From NCBI GenBank assembly GCA_012518685.1, contig JAAYRQ010000032.1, positions 446 through 64,445 on the forward strand: a DNA stretch of 64,000 nt, given 5' to 3'. Both the position numbers and the translations under genes were made by a program. The first letter of the stretch is position 1. Each line of letters starts with the position of its first letter. The DNA comes from Syntrophomonadaceae bacterium. GTDB lineage: Bacteria; Bacillota; Syntrophomonadia; Syntrophomonadales; Syntrophomonadaceae. This document shows positions 1-12,149 of the stretch, piece by piece. A model generated the notes under the pieces. The model did no database searches. It was not told the origin of the DNA and saw only the letters and a list, made by a program, of their open reading frames with translations.

Positions 1-1
1 G

Positions 2-517
2 GCAGTTACTTGGTCTTACGATTTCTTTACTTCACTTATGGAAAAAGAGCATGTTGCTAAAAGATGGGCACCTCTGCTTACTTGTTTTTTCCTATTTATA
101 CTTATTAGTAACTACAGTGGTCTCATTCCAGGTGCTGGACATATTTCGGGTTTCCAACCACCAACGAGTAACTGGAACGTGACTATGACACTCGCTCTCA
201 TTACTTTCTTTTCAGTCCATATTGCTGGAATTTCAGAACATGGGGGAGGATATTTTGGGCATTTTATCAGTCCAAGTCCCTTAATGTTACCATTAAACTT
301 AATAGAACAAGTAACTCAACCATTATCTCTAACCGTTCGTTTATTCGGTAATATTTTCGGTGAAGAAATGGTTATTGCTTTCATGTTATTTATGGTGCCA
401 TTCTTTATCCCAATGGCATTAATGGGTTTAAGTGTCCTACTGGGGGCTATTCAGGCAGTAGTCTTTACGATTCTGTCTGCTAGTTATATAGCTGCAGCTA
501 CTTCAGACGCCATTTAA
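2..517 (+). CDS. atpB: F0F1 ATP synthase subunit a, C-terminal part (5' end lies upstream of the window)
   Basis: The frame is open from nt 2. Motif LSLTVRLFGNIFGEE contains the essential Arg of subunit a. The gene lies directly upstream of atpE-F-H-A-G-D-C. Confidence 0.9.
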   Translation, partial: AVTWSYDFFTSLMEKEHVAKRWAPLLTCFFLFILISNYSGLIPGAGHISGFQPPTSNWNVTMTLALITFFSVHIAGISEHGGGYFGHFISPSPLMLPLNLIEQVTQPLSLTVRLFGNIFGEEMVIAFMLFMVPFFIPMALMGLSVLLGAIQAVVFTILSASYIAAATSDAI

Positions 518-570
518 TTTTAATTTATAAAAATACTTATTGGTGATTAATATTGAAGGGAGGGAAAATA

Positions 571-789
571 ATGGGTATAGCATTAGGAGCAGGTTTAGCC
601 GTATCTATAGCAGGTCTAGGAGGCGGTGTTGGAATGGGTGTTGCAGGTGGCAAAGCTATTGAAGCTATTGCCAGACAGCCCGAAGTTGGTGGAGATGTTA
701 GAACACTTATGTTTATTACTTTCGCCTTTATAGAAACTCTAACTATTTACGGTCTATTAATTGCGTTCATGTTAGTCGGTAAAATGTAA
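571..789 (+). CDS. atpE: F0F1 ATP synthase subunit c
   Basis: 72-aa two-helix proteolipid (GLGGGVGMGVAGGKAIEAIARQPE ... FIETLTIYGLLIAF, with the carboxylate Glu). ATG 571 lies about 6 nt after GGGAGGG. The ORF-track TTG at 553 has no RBS. Confidence 0.92.
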   Translation: MGIALGAGLAVSIAGLGGGVGMGVAGGKAIEAIARQPEVGGDVRTLMFITFAFIETLTIYGLLIAFMLVGKM

Positions 790-901
790 TCAATGTTATT
801 TTTTCGTATTTTAGATTTAGGGGCGATAAGTAGTGCGATGACATCCTTTGCCTGTTATCGCCCTAAATACTATTTTCCTTAAGATTGGAGGTAGCACATC
901 C

Positions 902-1516
902 GTGAAGAGGAATAAAGGGTTTTATTTATCTATTCTATTATTAACTTCTATTATGGTATTGGGATTTGCCGCCTTCTGCATGGCAGCAGGAACTACTGTT
1001 GTTGGTGAACCAGCTGGAGCAACGCCAAGATTTGCTAACTGGTATGTAGTCGGTTGGACAGCAGTTAACTTTTTTGTCTTACTAGCACTATTGTATAAAT
1101 TCGGCTATGGCCCAATAGATGCTATGCTTGAACAGCGTACTACTACCATTGAAAGTAACTTAAAACATGCGGAAGAAGTTAAAGTGGAAATTGATCAAAT
1201 GAGAATTGAAACCCAAAACAATTTAGCTGATTCTCGTAAAGAAGCACAAGAAATTGTAGCTCGTGCCACTAAGGCTGCAGAAGATGCGAAAAATGAAATC
1301 CTTGCTAAAGCACAAGAAGACTCGGCTAATCTCAAAAGTAAAGCAACTGCAGAAATTGCGGCGGCTACAGAGCAAGCCAAGATTGAGCTTAAGGATACTG
1401 CAGCAAGTTTAGCTATTTTTGCTGCTGAACAAGTGTTAGGTAGAGCTATTAATGAAGATGACCATAAGAAAATGGTGCAGGAATTTGTCAATGAGGCGGG
1501 CGATCTATTATGTTAA
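902..1516 (+). CDS. atpF: F0F1 ATP synthase subunit b (N-terminally extended form)
   Basis: Canonical b-subunit TM segment plus a long Ala/Glu/Lys-rich coiled coil (WTAVNFFVLLALLYKFGYGPIDAMLEQR...). GTG 902 lies 10 nt after GGAGG (887-891). The start is uncertain (848 or 902). Confidence 0.8.
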   Translation: MKRNKGFYLSILLLTSIMVLGFAAFCMAAGTTVVGEPAGATPRFANWYVVGWTAVNFFVLLALLYKFGYGPIDAMLEQRTTTIESNLKHAEEVKVEIDQMRIETQNNLADSRKEAQEIVARATKAAEDAKNEILAKAQEDSANLKSKATAEIAAATEQAKIELKDTAASLAIFAAEQVLGRAINEDDHKKMVQEFVNEAGDLLC

Positions 1517-2058
1517 ATAAAAGCGTCGCTAGGCGCTATGCTGAAGCATTTTTTAGCATTGCCCAAGAACATGAGAAAGTAGATGCATATCAAGAGGAAC
1601 TAGAATTAGTTGCTAAAACTATTGAGGAAGTGGAGAATTTATCCGAATATTTAGGACATCTAATCATTCCTGCACAGGAGAAAAAAGATGTCATTAATAA
1701 AATATTTGCTGAACAAATTTCTCCTATAACACTAAATTTCCTACTCATGATCATTGATAAAAGAAGAGAAGCCTATATAGGCGCTATTGTTGAAGAGTTT
1801 AAAGAGTTAGCTGATATTTCTCGCAATATTGCTAAGGCAGAATTATTCTCAGCCCAAGAAGTATCGGAAGACAATGTTAAAACTTTGGCAGAACAGCTTT
1901 CAGCTTCTACTGGTAAAACCGTATATTTAAAACAGACAATCGACCCCTCACTAATAGGGGGAATTAAAATACGGATTGGTGACCAGATTATCGATGGTAC
2001 TGTGGCAAAAAAACTGGAAATGCTTAAGTTAAAACTATTGCAAACGAAGTTAAGTTAA
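1510..2058 (+). CDS. atpH: F0F1 ATP synthase subunit delta (OSCP)
   Basis: 182-aa product between atpF and atpA. N-terminus VARRYAEAFFSIA is typical of the delta/OSCP family. The start overlaps the end of atpF. Confidence 0.88.
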   Translation: MLNKSVARRYAEAFFSIAQEHEKVDAYQEELELVAKTIEEVENLSEYLGHLIIPAQEKKDVINKIFAEQISPITLNFLLMIIDKRREAYIGAIVEEFKELADISRNIAKAELFSAQEVSEDNVKTLAEQLSASTGKTVYLKQTIDPSLIGGIKIRIGDQIIDGTVAKKLEMLKLKLLQTKLS

Positions 2059-2082
2059 TCATTGATAGGGGTGAACACATAA

Positions 2083-3597
<1,515 letters not shown>

Positions 3598-3612
3598 GTG
3601 GTGAAATTTTAA

Positions 3613-4497
3613 ATGGCAGGAGCAGGTGTAAGAGAATTTAAGCGGAGAATACGCAGTGTATCTAATACACAGCAGATTACCAAAGCTATGAAAATGGTAG
3701 CGGCTGCTAAGTTACGCCGTGCCCAAGAAAGAGCCGAAGCTGCAAGACCATACACGGATACCTTACAAGATACTTTAAGCAGATTAGCTGGAGTAGCCTT
3801 TGATATTTCTCACCCTTTACTTGAAAAAAGAGAAGATGTAAGAAAAGTAGGCTATATAGTGATTACTGCTGATAAAGGATTATGTGGGGCTTATAATACT
3901 AATATTATAAGAGCGGCAGTTAATGCTATGGAAGAAGATACTCGGGATATAGAAAAAGGGATTATTGCGGTTGGTCGTAAAAGCCGAGATTTTTTCCGTA
4001 AGCGTGGTGGTGTCGATGCAGAATTTGTCAACTTAGGTGACAATACTAATTATGCAGATGCTAGAGAAATTGGGCAGTATATTATTAATGCGTATGAAAA
4101 CGAAGAACTAGACGAAGTCTATGTAGTTTATGCACATTTTGTTAATGTTATTAGGCAAATTCCGACTGTAACTAAGATATTGCCTATAGAACCGCCAGGA
4201 AGTGAAGAAAAGACAGAAGAATACTTTGTAGAATATATTTATGAACCTAGTGCAGAGGAAATTCTGCTTTCATTATTACCAAGGTATATAGGTAGCCAAA
4301 TATTCCATGCCATGCTAGAGGGTAAAGCTAGTGAATTCGGTGCTAGGATGACGGCTATGGGTAATGCGACTGAAAATGCGGGTGAAATAATAGACGCTCT
4401 AACTATGGAAATGAACAAAGTTAGACAGGCCGCAATTACCGATGAAATACTAGATATTGTTGGCGGTGCGGAAGCTCTCAATAAAGGAGGAAAGTAG
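3613..4497 (+). CDS. atpG: F0F1 ATP synthase subunit gamma
   Basis: N-terminal IKRRIRSVSNTQQITKAMKMVAAAKLRRAQ and C-terminal NKVRQAAITDEILDIVGGAEAL signatures. Confidence 0.96.
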   Translation: MAGAGVREFKRRIRSVSNTQQITKAMKMVAAAKLRRAQERAEAARPYTDTLQDTLSRLAGVAFDISHPLLEKREDVRKVGYIVITADKGLCGAYNTNIIRAAVNAMEEDTRDIEKGIIAVGRKSRDFFRKRGGVDAEFVNLGDNTNYADAREIGQYIINAYENEELDEVYVVYAHFVNVIRQIPTVTKILPIEPPGSEEKTEEYFVEYIYEPSAEEILLSLLPRYIGSQIFHAMLEGKASEFGARMTAMGNATENAGEIIDALTMEMNKVRQAAITDEILDIVGGAEALNKGGK

Positions 4498-5925
<1,428 letters not shown>

Positions 5926-5927
5926 TT

Positions 5928-6344
5928 ATGGCAGATAACACCTTCATACTTGAAGTAGTAACACCTGAACATATTCTTTTTAAAGATGAAATTCAGTTTG
6001 TAGTTACTCCTGCTGTCGAAGGTGAGCTTGGAGTATTACGAAACCACGCACCCATGGTAGCATCCTTAGGTATAGGTGTTTTACGCTATACAGATCCTGA
6101 AGGCATGATTAAGCGTATGGCCATTAGTGGTGGATTTATGGAAGTTGTCGATAATACTGCCAGAGTCTTAGCCGAAACAGCGGAACATGGAGACGAAATT
6201 GATGTACTTCGGGCTAAAGCTTCTTTGGACAGAGCCCAAAAAAGAATAGAAGCACGGGAAGAAGAACTAAATTTTATTAGAGCCCAGATGTCGCTTCAAA
6301 GGGCACTTGCAAGAATAAAGGCAGCTGAAGGGAAATTAGATTAA
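5928..6344 (+). CDS. atpC: F0F1 ATP synthase subunit epsilon
   Basis: 138-aa product, last gene of the operon. Beta-sandwich N-terminus plus a helical C-terminus, as in the epsilon family. Confidence 0.93.
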   Translation: MADNTFILEVVTPEHILFKDEIQFVVTPAVEGELGVLRNHAPMVASLGIGVLRYTDPEGMIKRMAISGGFMEVVDNTARVLAETAEHGDEIDVLRAKASLDRAQKRIEAREEELNFIRAQMSLQRALARIKAAEGKLD

Positions 6345-6350
6345 ATTCTG

Positions 6351-6387
6351 AGCCGGAAGAAATAAATATATTCTTCCGGCTTTTTTA
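6351..6387 (+). terminator. Rho-independent terminator of the atp operon
   Basis: Hairpin AGCCGGAAGA / TCTTCCGGCT followed by TTTTTT (6381-6386). Confidence 0.85.
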
Positions 6388-6456
6388 AATGGTATAATTA
6401 AATATAATCTTTATATTAAAAGATTAATTATCGGGGGAGATAGCGGGGTATAATAC

Positions 6457-6648
6457 ATGGATGACATGTTAAAGACGCTTATTATATTAGTCTTAATATA
6501 TTATCTTTTAAAAGGCTTAATTTATATTGTCCTATGGCAAGCAACTTATAAAATTCAAGAAAGAGCCCTAGAAGCAAAAGCTAAAAAACAAGCCGAAAGG
6601 GAAGAACGCAGAAAAGCTAAAAGTAAGCCCAAGGATGAAGAAGTATGA
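6457..6648 (+). CDS. Small membrane protein with Lys/Glu-rich tail (function unknown)
   Basis: 63-aa ORF: one hydrophobic helix (LIILVLIYYLLKGLIYIVLW) followed by a charged tail (ERALEAKAKKQAEREERRKAKSK). GGGGGAG lies upstream. Confidence 0.45.
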   Translation: MDDMLKTLIILVLIYYLLKGLIYIVLWQATYKIQERALEAKAKKQAEREERRKAKSKPKDEEV

Positions 6649-6682
6649 TTAACTTTTTGAAAAATAATACGGCTTAGAATAG

Positions 6683-6862
6683 GTGGTGGTATTTATTAGT
6701 ATAAAAACATCATTCTTAATTTTAATTGCGATAGTTTTTATTACAACTATATTTTTTGGTATCTTATTTTGGCAACAATCAGTCAGATTTGAAAAAAAGG
6801 CCTTAGCAGCGAAGCAGAAACGAGATAAATATATTGAACAAATTGAAAAAGCACAGAAGTAG
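6683..6862 (+). CDS. Possible second small membrane protein, paralogous to 6457..6648
   Basis: 59-codon frame absent from the ORF track, with GTG start and poor RBS. It has the same architecture: TM (FLILIAIVFITTIFFGILFW), then QQSVRFEKKALAAKQKRDKY. The W-Q ... E-[RK]-x-A-L-x-A-K pattern is shared with the preceding ORF. Confidence 0.25.
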   Translation: MVVFISIKTSFLILIAIVFITTIFFGILFWQQSVRFEKKALAAKQKRDKYIEQIEKAQK

Positions 6863-6874
6863 GTTAGCTATAAC

Positions 6875-6915
6875 AAAAAGGCGGATGATAAATAACATCC
6901 GCCTTTTTGTTTTGA
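6875..6915. terminator. Bidirectional terminator hairpin between the small ORFs (+) and the chemoreceptor gene (-)
   Basis: AAAAAGGCGGATG ... CATCCGCCTTTTTGTTTT: A-run, stem, then T-run. Confidence 0.7.
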
Positions 6916-6933
6916 TTAAAAACTTATTTATAG

Positions 6934-8982
6934 TTACATTTTAAAAAGTCCTAATAATTTGTCTAGTTCTGAGGCACTATTTTGTAATTCTTGAGCAACC
7001 TCATTTACCTCTATGGCTGCTTGTGTAGCATGTTCAGAGGCTTTGGCAATTTCTTGGGTTCCATAGGTTGATTCATTAACCGAAATAGAGTTAGCCTCCA
7101 CAGCATTATTAATTTCCGTCATAGCCGTCGAAATAAAGACTATATCTTGGCGTAAATTATTAGTGAGTTCATAAAAACTAGAGGCATCATTAAAATAACT
7201 TTCCCCAATGGTTTCCATCGCATTGTAGTCTCTTAGAATATCGATATTAATAAACTCTAAGAGTTTTTGGGAATTAGCCACTAAATTGTTAATAGCATTT
7301 TGTACTTGTTCGATTATAGTTTGGATGCCTGTAATAGTCTGGGAAGAATTCTCAGCTAATTTTCTAACTTCATCAGCAACTACAGCAAATCCCCGTCCAT
7401 GTTCCCCTGCTCTAGCGGCTTCAATAGCGGCATTTAAGGCTAATAAATTAGTCTGTTCAGCAATATATAAGATATTTTCGGATAGGCTAGCAATTTCTTC
7501 AACAACTTTTGCTTCATCTATAGCCGCTTTTACTTCCGTGTGGATTTCTCGATAAATAGAAGTAGTGTTTTCGCGGGCTTTAACGGCATTTTCTTGTATG
7601 TTTATGGCACTTTCTTTTATCGCTTGAACTTTTTCGTTTTCAGTAGCAATGTTTTCATTAAAGGTATTTAGCATAGAAGATACTTCTTCAGTGGAAGCAG
7701 TAATTTCTTGGATAGCTGCTGATACTTCCTCCATACCTGCGGCTATTTCTTCAGTGGAAGCGGAAGTTTCCTCCATAGTACCAGCTATGTTAGCACCTTG
7801 ATTAGTAAGTGTCTTACTGTAACCTGTTACTTCTTCAGACATATCTTTAATACTATTAATGAGATTTTTTTGCTGTTCTATCATTAGGTTTAGATGATTA
7901 GCTAAAATGCCTACTTCATCTTTACGGTCAATATTAACTTTTTCATCTAATTCTCCATTACTAGCTTTTACTATTACTCTTTGAATATCTAATAAAGGTT
8001 TAGTAAAGGAGTTGGCCATTAAGGTACTTGCTGCTATGGCTATTACTATAGCGATAAGGATTATAAATAATATAATAGATTTTACAGTATTTAAGCTCTT
8101 TAATATCTCATCAGTATAAGCATTAGAAACTAATATCCAGTCTAAGCCCTCAATCTCTTGATAAACAGAAATGACTTCGCGTTTTTTGCCGTTGGCATCA
8201 GCTAATTCATAAGTTATAAGCCCATTTTTTTCTGTCAGAACCCTTTCCATTATATGGACGCCATTAATATCAGCCATGCTTAATAGATTTTCACCTTTTT
8301 TATTAGGATGAATGATAGCATTACCCTCATTATCTAATATAAAAACATGCCCTGTTTCCCCAAATCTTAAATCTTTTAATACTTCATTTAATTCTTCGAT
8401 ATTTACCAGAGTATTAAATTCCGACTTAAAAGTTGAAGCTACGATAATTAAGTCCAAAGGCTCATAATATGTAGAATATTGTGCTTTGGGGAATTCTACC
8501 TCTTCACCAGGGTTCTTCCACATATATTCTTGGTATTGGATAGGATTTTCTAGCATTTTTTCTACGAACTCCATACCTCTAAAATTAGCCCCTTCTGTGG
8601 CTGCGGATGGGTGGATAGTGGCTATGCCTTCCATGTTAGCTCCGTACAAATACCCTGTATCACCAATCTTTTGACTAGTAATGATGGTTCTAATTTGCTG
8701 TTGTAACTGGCTTTCGCTAATATTTCCTGCCAGGTACTGGTAATAGTATTTTTCTACAATCTCTAAATTTTTATCTGCTATAGTTTGTAAATGATTTTTT
8801 ATATTACTTTCCAAATTATTTTCTACTAGATTAGTAATCGTGTTAGTAGATGAAGAAAGCTCAGCTACGGTGTTTTCAGTAATAATCTTACTAACCGTAA
8901 AAAGGGTTACTACACCCGTCAAAATTAATAAAAATAAAAAAATGATTAAATTATTAACCGTAAGTTTTGTCCTAACATTCAT
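6934..8982 (-). CDS. Methyl-accepting chemotaxis protein with double-Cache-like sensor domain
   Basis: TM, about 270-aa extracytoplasmic domain, TM, HAMP, then the conserved MCP signalling hairpin ([36 protein letters not shown]). Confidence 0.92.
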   Translation of the reverse strand: MNVRTKLTVNNLIIFLFLLILTGVVTLFTVSKIITENTVAELSSSTNTITNLVENNLESNIKNHLQTIADKNLEIVEKYYYQYLAGNISESQLQQQIRTIITSQKIGDTGYLYGANMEGIATIHPSAATEGANFRGMEFVEKMLENPIQYQEYMWKNPGEEVEFPKAQYSTYYEPLDLIIVASTFKSEFNTLVNIEELNEVLKDLRFGETGHVFILDNEGNAIIHPNKKGENLLSMADINGVHIMERVLTEKNGLITYELADANGKKREVISVYQEIEGLDWILVSNAYTDEILKSLNTVKSIILFIILIAIVIAIAASTLMANSFTKPLLDIQRVIVKASNGELDEKVNIDRKDEVGILANHLNLMIEQQKNLINSIKDMSEEVTGYSKTLTNQGANIAGTMEETSASTEEIAAGMEEVSAAIQEITASTEEVSSMLNTFNENIATENEKVQAIKESAINIQENAVKARENTTSIYREIHTEVKAAIDEAKVVEEIASLSENILYIAEQTNLLALNAAIEAARAGEHGRGFAVVADEVRKLAENSSQTITGIQTIIEQVQNAINNLVANSQKLLEFINIDILRDYNAMETIGESYFNDASSFYELTNNLRQDIVFISTAMTEINNAVEANSISVNESTYGTQEIAKASEHATQAAIEVNEVAQELQNSASELDKLLGLFKM

Positions 8983-9185
8983 AATTATCGCCCCTTTAAC
9001 AACTTTAGTCCTATTTTATATAATTAATTTTACAAATTTATATAAGATAGTGCATTAACTAACTTTATTCCACATTAAGTATATTATTCCTGCTTAGTGA
9101 AGTATTTTGCAAAGATAGTCTGCTCAAAGCATAATTCACATTTTCTATGGCAAGAATTACAGTAGGAATAAAGGAGGAGAATTAT

Positions 9186-9923
9186 ATGAAAAAAGTGTTA
9201 ATTTACTTATCGGTTTTTTTCATTTTAATTGTGGCTAGCAATTATGGTATCGATTATTCGGTAGGAAAACAACTAGAGACAAAATCCCCATATTACCTAG
9301 CTTTTACATCTATCGGTGCAAATTCACTTGAATTTCAACTTGATTGTTGGGCAAAAATAAAAACAATTTCAACTAAAGAAGAATTGCAAATTTATTTACA
9401 GAGTTTACTAAAAACGCTTAATTTACCAGAAGAGGATGCTAGCGTATTTCATTTTAAAAAAGAAGGACTTATCCTACAATATGAAGTCAACGAAAATAAT
9501 GAAAAATATTCTATAATTTTGGAATCTGATAATAAAACCAATGAAACTTATTTTATTATTAATGTTGTTTCTCCAAATGAAATCATCATTAAAAATATAC
9601 CCGAAAAACTTAATAAGATGATAGGAATTAACTGGAGTTTTTATTATTTGTATTCTTGCTTGATTGAAGTTCCCTTAGACTCTAATGGCAGGACGGAAAT
9701 GATAGATGTAATAGTGAAAAATCTTAATGTCAATAATGTTAAGATGTTTGAACTATCTGATCTTACATCTTTTACGGGTTATTCTCCTTTGTTAAATAAA
9801 TATGCCCAAACTATTAGTGTGAATGGCGAAAAAATAAATATTCAAGTAGCTTTAAGAAGTGATAAAGAAGTAAAAAAGACCTATGTCTTAATAGGTTCAC
9901 CATTAATTTTAAATGATTATTAA
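9186..9923 (+). CDS. ywmB: YwmB-like protein (TATA-box-binding-fold family)
   Basis: Signal-anchor N-terminus. It occupies the same position as B. subtilis ywmB, between the atp operon and murAA. ATG 9186 follows AAGGAGGAG, whereas the ORF-track start 9147 has no RBS. The family call rests mainly on synteny. Confidence 0.55.
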   Translation: MKKVLIYLSVFFILIVASNYGIDYSVGKQLETKSPYYLAFTSIGANSLEFQLDCWAKIKTISTKEELQIYLQSLLKTLNLPEEDASVFHFKKEGLILQYEVNENNEKYSIILESDNKTNETYFIINVVSPNEIIIKNIPEKLNKMIGINWSFYYLYSCLIEVPLDSNGRTEMIDVIVKNLNVNNVKMFELSDLTSFTGYSPLLNKYAQTISVNGEKINIQVALRSDKEVKKTYVLIGSPLILNDY

Positions 9924-9940
9924 GGGGGTGAGAAAAAATA

Positions 9941-11176
9941 ATGGCTATTAAAATTACAGGTCCAACTATATTAAGGGGCGAAGTTGAGGTCAGTTCGTCT
10001 AAAAATGCGATATTGCCGATATTGGCTGGTTCTTTGTTGTCTAATGATGAAGTAATTATTAATAAAGTACCTGATATTAACGATGTGGATGTAATTTTGG
10101 AATTGATAATGGATATGGGAGTTAAGGTAGAAAAAAAAGATAATAAGTTAAGTATAAAGTGTTTAGGAAAAATTAATAATCCTTCTTATGAACTAGTCAG
10201 ACAAATTAGGGCATCTTTTTTGGTTATGGGTCCTCTTTTAGCCAAACAAGGTATCGTAAAGATATCACTTCCTGGTGGTTGTGCTATCGGAACTAGACCG
10301 ATAGATTTACATTTGAAAGGATTTGCCGCTTTAGGGGCTGATATACAACTTTCTGGTGGTAATGTGGTAGCTAAGGCTGGGGAATTAATAGGTAATCATA
10401 TATATTTAGATTTTCCAAGTGTAGGAGCAACCGAGAATATTATGATGGCAGCTACCTTGGCTCAGGGAACATCTTATATTGAAAATGCTGCCTTAGAGCC
10501 CGAAATAGTTGATTTGGCAAATTTTCTAAATTTAATGGGGGCTAAAATTACGGGGGCAGGAAGCAATGTTATTAAAATAGAGGGGGTTAAAGAATTAAAG
10601 GGTGTAAACTATACTCCTATTCCTGACCGTATTGAAGCTGGTACCTATATGGTAGCAACTGCAGCAACCAGAGGAGAGGTTATTATAAAAAATGTTATTC
10701 CCGAACATTTGAAGGCTATTTCCGCTAAACTTATTGAAAGTGGTACGATTATAGACGAACAAGATAAGCAAATACTTGTAAAAGGCAGAAATGTGGTTAA
10801 ACCTGTTTATATTAAAACCTTACCCTACCCAGGTTTTCCTACTGATATGCAGGCTCAATTTATGGCTTATTTATGTAGTGCTAAGGGTAGTAGTGTAATA
10901 ACTGAATCAGTTTTTGAAAATAGATTTATGCATGTTCCTGAGCTTTTAAGAATGGGTGCGGAAATTAAGACAGAGGGCAGAACGGCTATAATTAAAGGCA
11001 TACCTACCCTTACCAGTGCCAATGTTAAGGCTACAGATTTAAGGGCTGGAGCTGCTTTAGTATTAGCAGGAATGGTGGCAGAGGGTGAAAGTATCATTAA
11101 TAATAGTCATCATATATACCGTGGATATGAAAATATAATAAACAAACTTAAAAACTTAGGGGCTCATATAGAGTAA
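9941..11176 (+). CDS. murA: UDP-N-acetylglucosamine 1-carboxyvinyltransferase
   Basis: Active-site loop LPGGCAIGTRPIDLH and full-length MurA-like sequence. Confidence 0.96.
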   Translation: MAIKITGPTILRGEVEVSSSKNAILPILAGSLLSNDEVIINKVPDINDVDVILELIMDMGVKVEKKDNKLSIKCLGKINNPSYELVRQIRASFLVMGPLLAKQGIVKISLPGGCAIGTRPIDLHLKGFAALGADIQLSGGNVVAKAGELIGNHIYLDFPSVGATENIMMAATLAQGTSYIENAALEPEIVDLANFLNLMGAKITGAGSNVIKIEGVKELKGVNYTPIPDRIEAGTYMVATAATRGEVIIKNVIPEHLKAISAKLIESGTIIDEQDKQILVKGRNVVKPVYIKTLPYPGFPTDMQAQFMAYLCSAKGSSVITESVFENRFMHVPELLRMGAEIKTEGRTAIIKGIPTLTSANVKATDLRAGAALVLAGMVAEGESIINNSHHIYRGYENIINKLKNLGAHIE

Positions 11177-11183
11177 AGAAGGA

Positions 11184-12101
11184 TTATTCACCTATTTTAT
11201 ACAACTTTACCCCCGTATAGTAATAGCGGATAATCTCTTTATAATCCCGACCATCTTTAGCTAATCCATTAGCACCATACTGGCACAGGCCAGCCCCATG
11301 TCCATATCCACGATTTTTAATAACTAGATTATTCTTTTTAAGACTTATATTAAGCCAATTAGATGGTAGGTTAAGTTTTTGCCTAATAATATTCGTAGTT
11401 ATAGTATTATTTCCGATAGTTACTGTGCTAGACCTACCAGAACTATTATTAGTAATTATTATGTTCATATTAGAATTAAGGCTGATTCCCATTAATTTAC
11501 TAAATTCACCATAGGAAAAAACTTGCTCAGTACGATAGTAACTTGATTCCTTACAATAGGGACATTTTTGCATCGTTAGATAGGCTACCTCCTGACCAAA
11601 GCTATCTTTACCGCTAGCAGTTTGTCCTCCACAGGTAGAATGATATAAGGCATCTATAGGTTTGTTTTTGTAAAATATTACTACACCTTCGGTTTCTGCA
11701 ACCACTTTTTTAATTTTGCCATATAATTGGTCACTATTATGAGGATGTCTTTTATAAAATTCTGTTTCCGTTATATAGGCTTGACAAGTAGTAATATCAT
11801 CAGATAAATCAGCACCTTGAGGATAAAGGTGCTGATCAAGTATTTTTCTAATAGCGTAAGTTCGGGCACATACTGCTTGTGCTTTAAGGGCCTCCAGCTC
11901 AAAACTAGCTGGCATTTCGGCTGCTACACAACCAGTAATATATTCCTCTAAACCCAGACTAATAACCTTATTATCTGCACTTAAATACAAGTTAATAGAT
12001 GGTGGTTCTATAAGCCTAGGTTTAGTACAAGATTGCAAACTTATAACTATTAAAATAATTAAACAAATTATACCTAAAAATATAAATACTCTTTTATGCA
12101 T
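11184..12101 (-). CDS. spoIID: Stage II sporulation protein D (SpoIID/LytB family)
   Basis: Motifs ALYHSTCGGQT and GYGHGAGLCQYGA, an N-terminal signal anchor, and the conserved murA-spoIID neighbourhood. Confidence 0.9.
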   Translation of the reverse strand: MHKRVFIFLGIICLIILIVISLQSCTKPRLIEPPSINLYLSADNKVISLGLEEYITGCVAAEMPASFELEALKAQAVCARTYAIRKILDQHLYPQGADLSDDITTCQAYITETEFYKRHPHNSDQLYGKIKKVVAETEGVVIFYKNKPIDALYHSTCGGQTASGKDSFGQEVAYLTMQKCPYCKESSYYRTEQVFSYGEFSKLMGISLNSNMNIIITNNSSGRSSTVTIGNNTITTNIIRQKLNLPSNWLNISLKKNNLVIKNRGYGHGAGLCQYGANGLAKDGRDYKEIIRYYYTGVKLYKIGE

Positions 12102-12149
12102 ATTTTAATATATAAAAAAATTAGGTAAATTATTACTTAAGAATATAAT

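Noticed and set aside
1195-1491. 98-aa minus-strand ORF inside atpF. Similar antisense ORFs occur at 4239..4628 and 5787..5972 inside atpG/atpD/atpC.
   Set aside because: They fully overlap strongly supported atp genes on the opposite strand, give low-complexity Ala/Ser/Leu-rich translations and have no RBS. They are shadow ORFs.
7286-7555. Plus-strand ORF whose product resembles that of 12535..12939 (both contain [19 protein letters not shown]...ANKLV).
   Set aside because: Both are antisense translations of the highly conserved MCP signalling hairpin of the two chemoreceptor genes. The similarity reflects the conserved DNA, not a real paralogous gene pair.
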